Shown: piece by piece, positions 1 through 9,377 of the stretch
How the letters are laid out: each line of letters starts with the position of its first letter
How positions within the stretch are numbered: position 1 is the first letter of the stretch
NCBI GenBank assembly: GCA_903896015.1
Contig: CAITWF010000098.1
Location: forward strand, 1 to 64,000
Reading direction: 5' to 3'
DNA: 64,000 bases
Source of the DNA: an uncultured Opitutia bacterium
GTDB taxonomy: Bacteria; Verrucomicrobiota; Verrucomicrobiia; Opitutales; Opitutaceae
Translations under genes and position numbers: made by a program
Notes under the pieces: model-generated
The model's input: the letters and a program-made list of their open reading frames with translations, nothing else
Database searches by the model: none
Told to the model about the DNA's origin: nothing

Positions 1-302
1 ATTGCTCCCGCGTGCGTGGAAAAACGCGCGCGTGGCGACGCCCACCGCCATCACGTCTCCTGCCGTCGTCGCCTGATTCCATCAGCAGAGTCTAACCGAA
101 ATCGCTCGCGGCGTCCCCCTGTCGGAGTTGAACGCTTACGTTGAAGGTGAGTCCCGTCAGCCCGAGCGTGGGCTTCATCGAGGCAGTGTTTTTTTCGGCC
201 ATGTTTTAATGCGTTGTGGGTTGCGGTGCGAAGACGATCCCACCCAACGCACCCGTCATACCACGCAGCGCTAAGGCATCGCTAAAACGGAACCCCAAAC
301 CG

Positions 303-562
303 CTAAGACAGCGTTAAGAAACGCCTTCGGTTCGCTGCGCCTTCACTAAGCGATCCGCCTGCCACCACTTGCGCGCCGCGACGAGCGACCAGATCGCCTC
401 TACTCCGCCGAACGGCCACGCCCCCTGCAAAAATCCGTAGATCGACCCGAGGGCACAGGCGGCGGCAAACGCCAGCGTGAACCAACGGCTGCGCTCCTCC
501 AGTGCGTAGCACACGAGCATCGCCGTCACCGCGAACAATCCGAAAAGCGTGAGGGCATCCAC
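303..562 (-). CDS. Small hypothetical membrane protein (82 aa, two predicted TM helices), 19 nt downstream of kdpE
   Basis: ORF with two hydrophobic stretches, same strand, tightly spaced after kdpE stop. No recognisable family. Confidence 0.35.
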
Positions 563-580
563 GGCGGCGTCGCGTGGTCG

Positions 581-1273
581 CTATTCCACCAGGCGAAAAC
601 CAATCCCCGATTCCGTGCGCAAGTGCCGCGGGCGGTGCGGATCGCTTTCTAGTTTCTGGCGCAGATGCGTCATGTGCACCCGCAGGTAGTGCGAATTCCC
701 TTCGGCCTTCGGGCCCCACAATTCGCGGAGGATGTGCCGATGCGTGATCACCTTGCCGCGGTGCGCGACGAGCAGCCGCAGAAACTCATACTCCTTTGCC
801 GTCAGCTTCACCTCAGCGCCCGCGCGCCGCACAAGCCGTGCCGCAAAGTTGACCTCGATCTCGCCGAATTTCACGCTCGGGGTCTCCTCTCCATCGTGCG
901 TCCGGCGCAACAGCGCACGCAGCCTCGCCGCAAGCTCGGCGGTGCCAAAGGGCTTGGTGAGATAGTCGTCCGCGCCCGCATCGAGTGCCGCCACCTTGTC
1001 CGCCTCACCGGCGAGGACCGTGACGACGAGCACCGGCACCTGGGACCACTCGCGCAGTTTCCTCACGACTTCGATCCCGCTCATGTCGGGCAACCCAACA
1101 TCAAGAATGATCACCGCGGGCTTCCGCGCCGCCGCTTGCGCCAGCCCCAGCCCGCCCGTCTCCGCCTCGACCACGCTGTAGCCCGCGCCATCGAGCGCGA
1201 GGCGCATCAACCGGCGGATTTGCAGCTCGTCATCGACGACGAGCACTAGCGGATGGCCGGCCGCGGCGATCAT
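581..1273 (-). CDS. kdpE: KdpE, OmpR-family response regulator of the kdp operon
   Basis: Receiver domain (LVVDDE...D...K) plus winged-helix output domain. ATGA start/stop overlap with kdpD. Adjacent to kdpFABCD. Confidence 0.9.
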   Translation of the reverse strand: MIAAAGHPLVLVVDDELQIRRLMRLALDGAGYSVVEAETGGLGLAQAAARKPAVIILDVGLPDMSGIEVVRKLREWSQVPVLVVTVLAGEADKVAALDAGADDYLTKPFGTAELAARLRALLRRTHDGEETPSVKFGEIEVNFAARLVRRAGAEVKLTAKEYEFLRLLVAHRGKVITHRHILRELWGPKAEGNSHYLRVHMTHLRQKLESDPHRPRHLRTESGIGFRLVE

Positions 1274-3942
1274 TCGCTTGGCACGCTGCCATGCTGCGTG
1301 TGCGGCAGGTAAACCGTGAACACCGCCCCACCACCGGGATTTTCGCCGACGACGATCTCGCCGCCCTGCGCGACAACGAAGCCGCGAATGATTGAAAGAC
1401 CGAGCCCGAGGCCACCGGCACGCGCCGCATCTCCCCGCTGAAATTTTTGAAACAGCCGCTCGCGCATCTCCAGCGGGAAGCCCGGTCCCTGGTCCGCCAC
1501 GGTGAAGAACACCCGCGCGCGCGCGCCATCGATCCCCGCTGTCAAAAAGATCGGGGTGGCGGCAGGCGTATGCAGCGCAGCGTTAAGCAGCAGATTCGCG
1601 ATCACCTGCTCCATCAGCGCCGCATCCGCGCGAAACAACGGCAGTTCATCGGGCACAACCGACTCAAACGGATGACCCGCGAGTGAGTCGCGCACGCCGT
1701 CGATCGCGGCATTTACGAGATCGTGGGCATCGCACCAGTCGAGCCGCGGCTGGAGCGCGCCGGACTCAAGCCGAGTTTGATCAAGGAGGTTGTTGACGAG
1801 GCGCGTGAGCCGGCGCGTGGCCGTGACGATTTCGGCGGTGAGGCCGTCGCGCGTGGCGGCATCGGCCGTCGCGAGGTTTTCGGCGGCACCCGTAAGCACG
1901 GCGAGCGGCGTCTTGAGTTCATGAGAAACGCCGTCGAGCAGGGCCCGATGGAGCTTCTCCGACTCGGCGAGGAGTTTTTCGCGCTCACCCGCCGCGCGCA
2001 GCGACTCACGCTCGACCAAGAGCGCGAGCTGCGCCGCAAAACTCTCCGCGAGATCGCGCTGCGCTAGTGTGAGCGCCGCTTCACGCGGCACGTGAATCAC
2101 AAGCACGCCGACCGCCTTGTCGTCGCGCAGCAGCGGCACGTGAAACCCCTCGGCACTCGGCAGTGTGTCGGTGAAGCGGCCGGCGTTCTTGCGGTTGCGC
2201 CAGACCCAGTCGGCCACGCCCATTTCCTTTTCGCTCAATAAAAATGATCCCGCGAAATGTGGCGTGAGCCCCGCGTGATCATCGTTGCCGAGCAGGAGCG
2301 CGGACTGCGCCGCAAACAGCGTGTCGGCCTGCCGCAGCGCCGCGAACACCGCATCGTCAAGCGTGCGCGCAGCCGTCAGGGCCTGCGTGAGGTGAAACAG
2401 CGCCGTCGCGCGGTCTTCGCGCATCCGCTCGTGGCGCTCCTGTGCCCGGATGCGCGCCGTGAGCTGCCCCGCGATCAGCGCGACGATGAAGTAGGTCGCA
2501 AACATCACCCCGTCCTCGAACTTCGCGATGATGAAGGTGAAGAGCGGCGGGATGAAGAGGAAATTCCACGTCAGCGCGCTCACCACGCCAGCAGCAAACA
2601 CCGGGCCGCGCCCGACGCGCAGGCTCAGCGCGATCACGGCAAGCAAGTAGAGCATTCCAACCGCGAGATAGCCGAAGCGCGGCGCGATGAACCAGCAGCC
2701 GAGGGTCAGCGCCGCGAGCCACGCGGCCACCTCGCCATATTCGTGGGCCGGGGAACGCTCGACCGGACGCCAGTCGAGCCACGCCAGCGTTTTCTCCGCC
2801 GTGCGCTCGGCCGGCACCACGTAGATGTCGATCGGGCCGCTGCGCCGCAGCAGCCGATCGACGAGGCTGCCGCCGCGGAGCGCGTCGAGCCAGCGCGGCG
2901 AACGCGACTTGCCAACAACGATCTGCGTGGCGTTGTTTTGCAGCGCGACGCGCACGAGCGCCGCTGCGACGTCGTCGTCGTGCGTGACGACAACCTCCGC
3001 ACCAAGCTCCCGCGCGAGCGCGAGATTTTGTTCCAGCCGCCGCTGGCCTTCGACGTCGAGCGTGCGCGACGACTCCACGCTCACGGCAATCCACGACGCG
3101 CCTTGCGCAGCGGCCATGCGGCGCGTCCAGCGCACGAGCTGCGTCGACGACGGACTCGGCCCAACCGCCACGAGCAACCGCTCCCCCGAGCGCCAGACGG
3201 TTTTCAGCGGCGAGTTCGCACGCAGCTCGCGAAGCCGCTTGTCGACCCGCTCGGCGACAAAGCGCAGCGCGAGCTCCCGCAGCGCCGTAAGGTGGGTGTC
3301 CTTGAAAAAATTTTCCGCGGCCGTATTCGCGCGGTCGCCGAGGTAGACCTTGCCGTCAGCCAGCCGTTCGCGCAGCGCCTCCGGCGTGAGATCGATCAGC
3401 TCGATCTGATCGGCGAGTTCGAAGACGGAATCGGGTACGGTCTCGTGCACCGTCGCGCCGGTGATCTGGCGCACGGCGTCGGCGCGGCTTTCGATGTGCT
3501 GGACGTTGAGCGTCGTGTAGACATCGAGGCCCGCGTCGAGCAGTTCCACGACATCCTGGTAGCGTTTCGGGTGGCGCGAGCCGGGCGCGTTAGTATGGGC
3601 AAACTCGTCTACGAGCACGAGCCGCGGTTTCCGCGCGAGGATCGCCTCGAGGTCCATCTCGGTCACGCGGATGCCGCGGTGCTCGATCTCCTTCCGGGGC
3701 ATCAAAGGTAAGCCGGTGAGCAGCGCCTCCGTCTCAGCGCGCTTGTGCGTCTCAACGATGCCGACGACGAGATCGACGCCGTCGCGCAACTCTTGCTGCG
3801 CGGCGCGGAGCATGGCGTAGGTCTTACCGACCCCGGGACACATGCCGAAAAACACCTTGAGCCGCCCACGCTGAGCCCGCTGCTCGTCGCGCTTCAGCGA
3901 GGCAAGCAGCGCATCGGGATCGGGACGGGACGTTTCGGACAT
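1270..3942 (-). CDS. kdpD: KdpD osmosensitive K+ channel sensor histidine kinase (890 aa)
   Basis: N-terminal KdpD domain with GMCPGVGKTYAML P-loop, central TM cluster, HisKA motif (HELRTPL), HATPase GLGLGLSI. Synteny with kdpE. Confidence 0.92.
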   Translation of the reverse strand: MSETSRPDPDALLASLKRDEQRAQRGRLKVFFGMCPGVGKTYAMLRAAQQELRDGVDLVVGIVETHKRAETEALLTGLPLMPRKEIEHRGIRVTEMDLEAILARKPRLVLVDEFAHTNAPGSRHPKRYQDVVELLDAGLDVYTTLNVQHIESRADAVRQITGATVHETVPDSVFELADQIELIDLTPEALRERLADGKVYLGDRANTAAENFFKDTHLTALRELALRFVAERVDKRLRELRANSPLKTVWRSGERLLVAVGPSPSSTQLVRWTRRMAAAQGASWIAVSVESSRTLDVEGQRRLEQNLALARELGAEVVVTHDDDVAAALVRVALQNNATQIVVGKSRSPRWLDALRGGSLVDRLLRRSGPIDIYVVPAERTAEKTLAWLDWRPVERSPAHEYGEVAAWLAALTLGCWFIAPRFGYLAVGMLYLLAVIALSLRVGRGPVFAAGVVSALTWNFLFIPPLFTFIIAKFEDGVMFATYFIVALIAGQLTARIRAQERHERMREDRATALFHLTQALTAARTLDDAVFAALRQADTLFAAQSALLLGNDDHAGLTPHFAGSFLLSEKEMGVADWVWRNRKNAGRFTDTLPSAEGFHVPLLRDDKAVGVLVIHVPREAALTLAQRDLAESFAAQLALLVERESLRAAGEREKLLAESEKLHRALLDGVSHELKTPLAVLTGAAENLATADAATRDGLTAEIVTATRRLTRLVNNLLDQTRLESGALQPRLDWCDAHDLVNAAIDGVRDSLAGHPFESVVPDELPLFRADAALMEQVIANLLLNAALHTPAATPIFLTAGIDGARARVFFTVADQGPGFPLEMRERLFQKFQRGDAARAGGLGLGLSIIRGFVVAQGGEIVVGENPGGGAVFTVYLPHTQHGSVPSE

Positions 3943-3978
3943 GAGTCGGCGATAGTTGGCGGAGTAAGGCGGCGCAAG

Positions 3979-4350
3979 CTAACCGGCAGCACGAACAAAG
4001 ATCAGGACCATGAGGGAAAGCCACAGCAACGCCGCAGCGCCAAAAAGCCGGAGAACAATGCGCCGGGTCGCCGCCGCCTGACTGACATCCACCTGCAACC
4101 ACGAGTGGTCAACTCGCCAGCGCACCGGTCGGAGCGGAAGCGTCTCCGTAGCGGAATAATGCAGATAGTCATCGTCAATGAAGCCTTCGGCCGCGAGCTC
4201 GTGCACAAAGCACTCCTTGCGCGCGAGGGAAAACGTGTCGCGGGTCGCGCGGATAAGCACGAGATCTTCGACCTCATCAACGCGCACCAGGGTGTCGAGT
4301 TGCGGAAACGCAAACTCATACGAGTGCGGTGGCGGCGCCTGCATTTTCAT
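3979..4350 (-). CDS. Hypothetical protein, 123 aa, soluble N-domain plus C-terminal TM anchor; lies between kdpC and kdpD
   Basis: ORF fills the kdpC-kdpD gap with 12-37 nt spacers on the same strand; C-terminal hydrophobic helix LFGAAALLWLSLMVLIFV. Confidence 0.35.
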   Translation of the reverse strand: MKMQAPPPHSYEFAFPQLDTLVRVDEVEDLVLIRATRDTFSLARKECFVHELAAEGFIDDDYLHYSATETLPLRPVRWRVDHSWLQVDVSQAAATRRIVLRLFGAAALLWLSLMVLIFVRAAG

Positions 4351-4362
4351 AGCGGTCGATGC

Positions 4363-4518
4363 TTATGGTTTTGTCGCAGAGTCTCCGCTCCAGTCGAGCC
4401 GCGGGCGGGCCGGTCGCATGGCGCACTGCCACGACAGGGCCAGGATTGCCGCAGTAAGGAGCGTGATGAATGCCACGCGAAACGCAGTGTCACTACGTCG
4501 GCGAAGAGGTTTATTCAT
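4363..4518 (-). CDS. Hypothetical small membrane protein (~51 aa from MNKPL start; the ORF track extends to 4563)
   Basis: Arg-rich N-terminus followed by one TM helix (VAFITLLTAAILAL). Sits 28 nt after the kdpC stop, same strand. Confidence 0.25.
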   Translation of the reverse strand: MNKPLRRRSDTAFRVAFITLLTAAILALSWQCAMRPARPRLDWSGDSATKP

Positions 4519-4546
4519 GGCGCCACGTGGCCTGCGCATCTGCGAT

Positions 4547-5140
4547 TCAATGAGGGACGGCAACTTGATCGAGTGCGACGTTGAGCGTGAGCACGTTCAC
4601 CCCTGGCTCGCCGAAAACCGAGAGATCGCGACCGGCGGTGTGCGCGGCGACGAGCGCAGCAACTTTCTCAAGCGAGAGTCCGCGCGCTTTCGCCACGCGG
4701 GCCGACTGCAGCTGTGCATTCTCAGCACTGATATGCGGATCGAGGCCGCTCGCGGAACTCCTGACGGCGTCGGCCGGCACGACCACGTTGTCGGCGAGGC
4801 CGTTGGTTTTCCGATAGGCGACGACGGCCGCTTGGATGCTGTCGGAGAGCTTCTTGCTTGTCGGGCCGAGGTTAGTGCCACCGGAACTCGTCGCATCGTA
4901 ACCCGTGCCAGCGGCGGACGGACGCGGCTGGAAATATTTGTCGCTCGAAAAATTCTGCGCGAGCAGCGCCGATCCGCGGACCGTGCCGTCCTTGTCGGTG
5001 AGGAGCGAGCCGTTGGCCTTCGTAGGAAAGAGCGCCTGCGCGCCGGCCCAGACCACGAGCGGATAGGCCCCGCACAACAGCACGGCGAAGACGAGCGTGA
5101 GCAGAAGCGATGTTTTGAGTTCGGAGAAAAATGTTTTCAT
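4547..5140 (-). CDS. kdpC: KdpC, K+-transporting ATPase subunit C
   Basis: N-terminal TM anchor and the conserved SGLDPHIS motif. Located between kdpB and kdpD. Confidence 0.9.
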   Translation of the reverse strand: MKTFFSELKTSLLLTLVFAVLLCGAYPLVVWAGAQALFPTKANGSLLTDKDGTVRGSALLAQNFSSDKYFQPRPSAAGTGYDATSSGGTNLGPTSKKLSDSIQAAVVAYRKTNGLADNVVVPADAVRSSASGLDPHISAENAQLQSARVAKARGLSLEKVAALVAAHTAGRDLSVFGEPGVNVLTLNVALDQVAVPH

Positions 5141-5149
5141 GGCGGGAAA

Positions 5150-7189
5150 TCAGACGAGGTGGAGAGCATTCACGAGGAGATCGATGGCCTTGATGCCGAC
5201 GAACGGAATCACGATGCCGCCGAAGCCGTAGATGAAGAGATTGCGGCGCAGCATCGCCTCCGCGCCGACCGGACGATACGCGACGCCCTTCAGCGCGAGC
5301 GGAATCAGTGCGATGATGATGAGGGCGTTGAAAATCACCGCACTCAGGATCGCGCTGAGCGGAGAGCCAAGGTGCATGACATTCAGCGGCGCGATCGCGG
5401 GAAACGCGCCGACGAGCATCGCAGGGATAATCGCGAAGTATTTTGCGATGTCGTTCGCGATCGAAAACGTCGTGAGCGCGCCGCGGGTGATAAGCATCTG
5501 CTTTCCGATCTCGACGATCTCGAGGAGCTTCGTCGGGTTGGAATCGAGATCCACCATGTTGCCGGCTTCCTTGGCAGCCTGCGTGCCGGTATTCATCGCC
5601 ACGCCAACGTCGGCCTGCGCGAGGGCGGGCGCGTCGTTCGTGCCGTCGCCGGTCATCGCGACCAGGTGGCCCTTCGCCTGCTCGTCGCGGATGCGCGCGA
5701 GCTTCATCTCGGGCGTGGCCTGTGCGAGAAAATCATCCACGCCTGCCTCGGCGGCGATAGCGGCGGCGGTGAGCGGATTGTCACCGGTGATCATCACGGT
5801 GCGGATGCCCATCGCACGGAGCTGCGCAAAACGCTCCTTGATGCCGCCCTTCACGACGTCTTTCAGGAACACGACGCCCAGCACCTCGCGGCCCTCGGCC
5901 ACGACGAGCGGCGTGCCGCCCTGACGGGAAATCTTGTCCACCGCTTCGCCCACTGCGCTGGGAAACGCCCCGCCCTGCGACTCGACCCAGCCGCGGACGT
6001 TGGCGGCGGCGCCCTTGCGGATCACGCGCGCCGGCGCGCCATCGTGCGCCGCAAGATCGATGCCGCTCATGCGCGTCTGCGCAGTAAACGGCACGAACGT
6101 GTGTGGCGTCGTAAGCTCCTTGGCCCGTAAATTGAATTTCTCCTTCGCGAGCACCACGATGCTGCGGCCCTCAGGTGTCTCGTCGGCGAGCGAGGCGAGT
6201 TGCGCGACGGCGGCGAGCCGGTCGGCTTGGACGCCGGGTGCCGGTACGAACTCACTCGCCATGCGGTTGCCGAGCGTGATCGTGCCGGTCTTGTCGAGCA
6301 GGAGCACGTCGATGTCGCCCGCGGCTTCGACCGCGCGGCCCGACATCGCGAGCACGTTGCGCTGCAGCAGGCGATCCATGCCGGCAATACCGATCGCACT
6401 GAGCAACCCGCCAATCGTGGTCGGAATCAAGCAGACGAGCAGCGCGATGAGCGTCGTGATAGAGAAGGCGACATTCGAGTAAATGCCGAACGGCTTAAGT
6501 GCGACGATCACGAGCAGGAAGATCACCGTAAGCGCGGACAGCAGAATCGTGAGGGCGATTTCGTTGGGCGTCTTCTGACGCGACGCACCTTCGACGAGAC
6601 TGATCATGTGATCGAGAAAACCTTCACCGGGATTCGCGGTGATCCGGATGACGAGCACGTCTGACAACACGCCCGTGCCGCCCGTGACCGCGCTGCGATC
6701 ACCGCCGGCCTCGCGGATGACGGGTGCGGACTCGCCCGTGATCGCGGACTCGTCGACGGACGCAGCGCCCTCAGTGACTTCGCCGTCACCGGGGATGAGT
6801 TCGCCAGCGGCCACGACGACGATGTCGTCCTTGCGCAGCAGCGAGGCGTCGACGGTTTCGAGCGCGCCTGCCTTTGTGCGGCGCTTCGCGGAGAGTTGCT
6901 TGCGTGACGCTCGGAGCGCCTGCGCCTGCGCCTTGCCGCGGCCCTCGGCGACGGACTCAGCGAAATTGGCGAATACGACCGTGAATAAGAGCCACAGCGC
7001 GATCTGGAGGACGTAACGCAGCGGTTCGCTGGAGGTGAAGAGTTGCTCGAATGACAACAGCGCGCCGACCAGCGTGACAAACATCACCGGGTTGCGGAGC
7101 TGTGCGCGCGGATCGAGTTTGCGGAAGGCCGCGGTGATCGCCGGGCCGACAATCGTGCGATCGAAAAGGGAAACAGATTTGGTGCTCAT
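5150..7189 (-). CDS. kdpB: KdpB, P-type ATPase catalytic subunit
   Basis: DKTGTIT phosphorylation site, TGDN and [10 protein letters not shown] motifs; 679 aa. Confidence 0.95.
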   Translation of the reverse strand: MSTKSVSLFDRTIVGPAITAAFRKLDPRAQLRNPVMFVTLVGALLSFEQLFTSSEPLRYVLQIALWLLFTVVFANFAESVAEGRGKAQAQALRASRKQLSAKRRTKAGALETVDASLLRKDDIVVVAAGELIPGDGEVTEGAASVDESAITGESAPVIREAGGDRSAVTGGTGVLSDVLVIRITANPGEGFLDHMISLVEGASRQKTPNEIALTILLSALTVIFLLVIVALKPFGIYSNVAFSITTLIALLVCLIPTTIGGLLSAIGIAGMDRLLQRNVLAMSGRAVEAAGDIDVLLLDKTGTITLGNRMASEFVPAPGVQADRLAAVAQLASLADETPEGRSIVVLAKEKFNLRAKELTTPHTFVPFTAQTRMSGIDLAAHDGAPARVIRKGAAANVRGWVESQGGAFPSAVGEAVDKISRQGGTPLVVAEGREVLGVVFLKDVVKGGIKERFAQLRAMGIRTVMITGDNPLTAAAIAAEAGVDDFLAQATPEMKLARIRDEQAKGHLVAMTGDGTNDAPALAQADVGVAMNTGTQAAKEAGNMVDLDSNPTKLLEIVEIGKQMLITRGALTTFSIANDIAKYFAIIPAMLVGAFPAIAPLNVMHLGSPLSAILSAVIFNALIIIALIPLALKGVAYRPVGAEAMLRRNLFIYGFGGIVIPFVGIKAIDLLVNALHLV

Positions 7190-7241
7190 GGCGATGCCGC
7201 GAGGCGCGGCGGTTGAAAAATAAAAAATGAAAGGTGAAAGA

Positions 7242-9113
7242 TCAGAACAGCGTGCCGGCCTGCATCAGGTAGTGCTCGACGACCGGGCCGATCGCCAAGG
7301 CCGGGAGAAACGTAAGCGCACCCACGAGCACCACCGTGCCGATCAGCAGCACGACGAACGTAACGCCCTCGGTCCGAAATGTGCCGGCGCTCTCCGGCAC
7401 GAGGCGCTTCGAAGCAAGGTTGCCCGCGAGCGCAAGGATCGGGACTATCATGAGGAAGCGGCCGACAAGCATCGCGACGGCGCCGGTGACGTTGTAGTGC
7501 CAGTCGCCGTTCGTGGGATTGCCAGTGAGGCCGGCGAATGCGCTCCCGTTGTTGCCGACGCTTGAGCTGAAGAGATAGAGAATTTCGCTGAAGCCGTGCG
7601 GGCCGGCGTTGTTGAGCCCAGCCTGGCCCCAGTCGGTGACCGCGGCCCACGCGGTGCCCGCGAGAATCGTCGCCGAGAGCACCATGAGCACAAGCATCAC
7701 GAGCTTCACGTCGTAGGCTTCGATCTTCTTACCAAGGTATTCCGGCGTGCGACCGACCATCAGCCCCGCGATAAACACTGCGAGCACCACAAAGATCAGC
7801 ATGCCGTAAAGGCCGGCGCCGACGCCGCCGAAGATCACTTCGCCGGTCTGGATGTTGAAGAGCGGCACGAGTCCGCCGATCGGCGTAAACGAATCGTGCA
7901 TCGCGTTCACCGCGCCGCACGAGGCGTCGGTCGTAATCGTGGCAAAGAGCGCGGAGTTGAAGATGCCGAAGCGCACTTCTTTGCCCTCCATGTTGCCGTC
8001 AGCGGCGGCGACACCGAGTTTCTGGTGGATCGGGTTGCCAGCCGCCTCAAACTTCCAGCACACCAGCGCGCCAACAAGAAACATGGCGGCCATCGCGCCC
8101 CACACGGCCCAACCGTGCTTCTGGTTTTTCACGACGCGACCGAGGTAATACGTGAGCGCGCTCGGAATCGCGAAGATCGAGAGCATCTGGATAAAATTCG
8201 AGAGCGGCGTGGGATTCTCGAATGGGTGCGCGGCGTTGGCGTTGACGTAGCCGCCGCCGTTGGTGCCGAGCATCTTGATCGCGACCTGCGAGGCGATCGG
8301 ACCCTGAACGATCGTCTGCGTGTCGACTTTCTGATCCATCATTACCGGCTGATCGACCATCACGGGTTTGCCGTCGGCCCCGACGACCGGCTTGCCCGCG
8401 TCGTCGAGTTTTGGTGCCGGCGCGGTGACAGGCTGGCCCTTGTCGTCGGTCTTCGGGACCTGGGTCGTGTAGGGCTCGAACGTTTTCGCGACGGTGTAGG
8501 GTTTGAAGTTCTGAATCATGCCCTGCGACACGAGGAGGAGCGCGAACACCACGCAGATCGGCGCGAGCACGTAGTAGGTTACGCGCACGGTGTCGGCCCA
8601 GAAGTTGCCGACCGTCTTCGCCGAGTGGCGCGCAATGCCGCGGACGAGAGCAGCAGCGATCGCGATGCCTACGGCCGCCGACGTGAAGTTGTGGATCGTC
8701 AGCGCGACCATCTGCGAAAAATACGACATCGTCGATTCGCCAGCGTAGTTCTGCCAATTGGTGTTGGTCGTGAAACTCGCGGCGGTATTAAACGCGAGCG
8801 CCGGCGAAAGGCCCGGGAAGTTTTGCGGATTGAGTGGCAGATGATCCTGGAAACGCAGGATGAAATACGTGAAAAGCATACCGACCGCGCTGAACATCAG
8901 CAGCGAGAGCGCGTAGCCGAACCAGCTTTGTTCCTTTTCTGGATCGATGCCGCACACGCGGTAGGTCGCGCGCTCGAGCGGGCGCACGACGGGATCGAGA
9001 AACGTTTTGCCGCGCTCAAGCACCGCCACGAGGAAAACCCCGAGCGGCTTCGTAAGCAGCAGCAGCGCGGCGACGTAAAGCGCGAGTTGGAGCCAAGAGT
9101 TGGGCGAGTTCAT
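7242..9113 (-). CDS. kdpA: KdpA, K+-binding/translocating subunit (623 aa, with an extra ~45-aa Pro/Lys/Asp-rich segment)
   Basis: Strong N-terminal similarity to E. coli KdpA (LPLNPQ..PGLS...NTAVSF.TNTNWQ.Y.GE.T.SYFSQM). Polytopic. Confidence 0.93.
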   Translation of the reverse strand: MNSPNSWLQLALYVAALLLLTKPLGVFLVAVLERGKTFLDPVVRPLERATYRVCGIDPEKEQSWFGYALSLLMFSAVGMLFTYFILRFQDHLPLNPQNFPGLSPALAFNTAASFTTNTNWQNYAGESTMSYFSQMVALTIHNFTSAAVGIAIAAALVRGIARHSAKTVGNFWADTVRVTYYVLAPICVVFALLLVSQGMIQNFKPYTVAKTFEPYTTQVPKTDDKGQPVTAPAPKLDDAGKPVVGADGKPVMVDQPVMMDQKVDTQTIVQGPIASQVAIKMLGTNGGGYVNANAAHPFENPTPLSNFIQMLSIFAIPSALTYYLGRVVKNQKHGWAVWGAMAAMFLVGALVCWKFEAAGNPIHQKLGVAAADGNMEGKEVRFGIFNSALFATITTDASCGAVNAMHDSFTPIGGLVPLFNIQTGEVIFGGVGAGLYGMLIFVVLAVFIAGLMVGRTPEYLGKKIEAYDVKLVMLVLMVLSATILAGTAWAAVTDWGQAGLNNAGPHGFSEILYLFSSSVGNNGSAFAGLTGNPTNGDWHYNVTGAVAMLVGRFLMIVPILALAGNLASKRLVPESAGTFRTEGVTFVVLLIGTVVLVGALTFLPALAIGPVVEHYLMQAGTLF

Positions 9114-9114
9114 T

Positions 9115-9198
9115 TAGAATTTCTCCGGGCGCAGCACGGCGACCACGAGGTAGACGAGGCACGCGAGCGCGATGAGCGAGATGACGATGGTTTCCATG
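9115..9198 (-). CDS. kdpF: KdpF micro-peptide (27 aa, METIVISLIALACLVYLVVAVLRPEKF)
   Basis: Single-TM hydrophobic 27-mer directly upstream of kdpA (1-nt gap). Matches KdpF size and character. Not in the supplied ORF track; read manually. Confidence 0.6.
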
Positions 9199-9217
9199 GC
9201 GGTAAGTGCGGCAGGTT

Positions 9218-9307
9218 TAGCGGACTTTTTCGCAGAAGCGGGCGTAGGCCGCCGCCAGCGCGAAAAATGCGAGCGAGAGCGCAACGAGGATAAAATCGGT
9301 GTTCATG
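9218..9307 (-). CDS. Second KdpF-like hydrophobic micro-peptide (29 aa, MNTDFILVALSLAFFALAAAYARFCEKVR)
   Basis: Manually read ORF 19 nt upstream of kdpF with the same single-TM architecture. Could instead be a leader peptide. Confidence 0.35.
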
Positions 9308-9377
9308 ACGTACCGAGTATCGCACCTTCCGAACGGCGCGCCTAATCAAGCAAAGGCGCGAAGACGTTAAGAACTTA

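Noticed and set aside
150-200. Short stem (AGCCC/GGGCT) followed 14 nt later by a T7 run on the plus strand
   Set aside because: The stem is only 5 bp, the T-run is too far from it, and there is no plus-strand gene upstream within the window. It may belong to a gene outside the window.
2257-3711. 484-aa plus-strand ORF antisense to kdpD, and similar long ORFs at 4178-6130, 7596-9293, 9504-10454, 11491-12720, 16261-16971, 19300-20313, 29037-30014, 32390-33118, 34285-35547, 44222-45262
   Set aside because: All lie antisense to, or out of frame within, strongly supported genes. Their products are Arg/Ala/Gly-rich and low complexity, which is typical of spurious ORFs in high-GC DNA.
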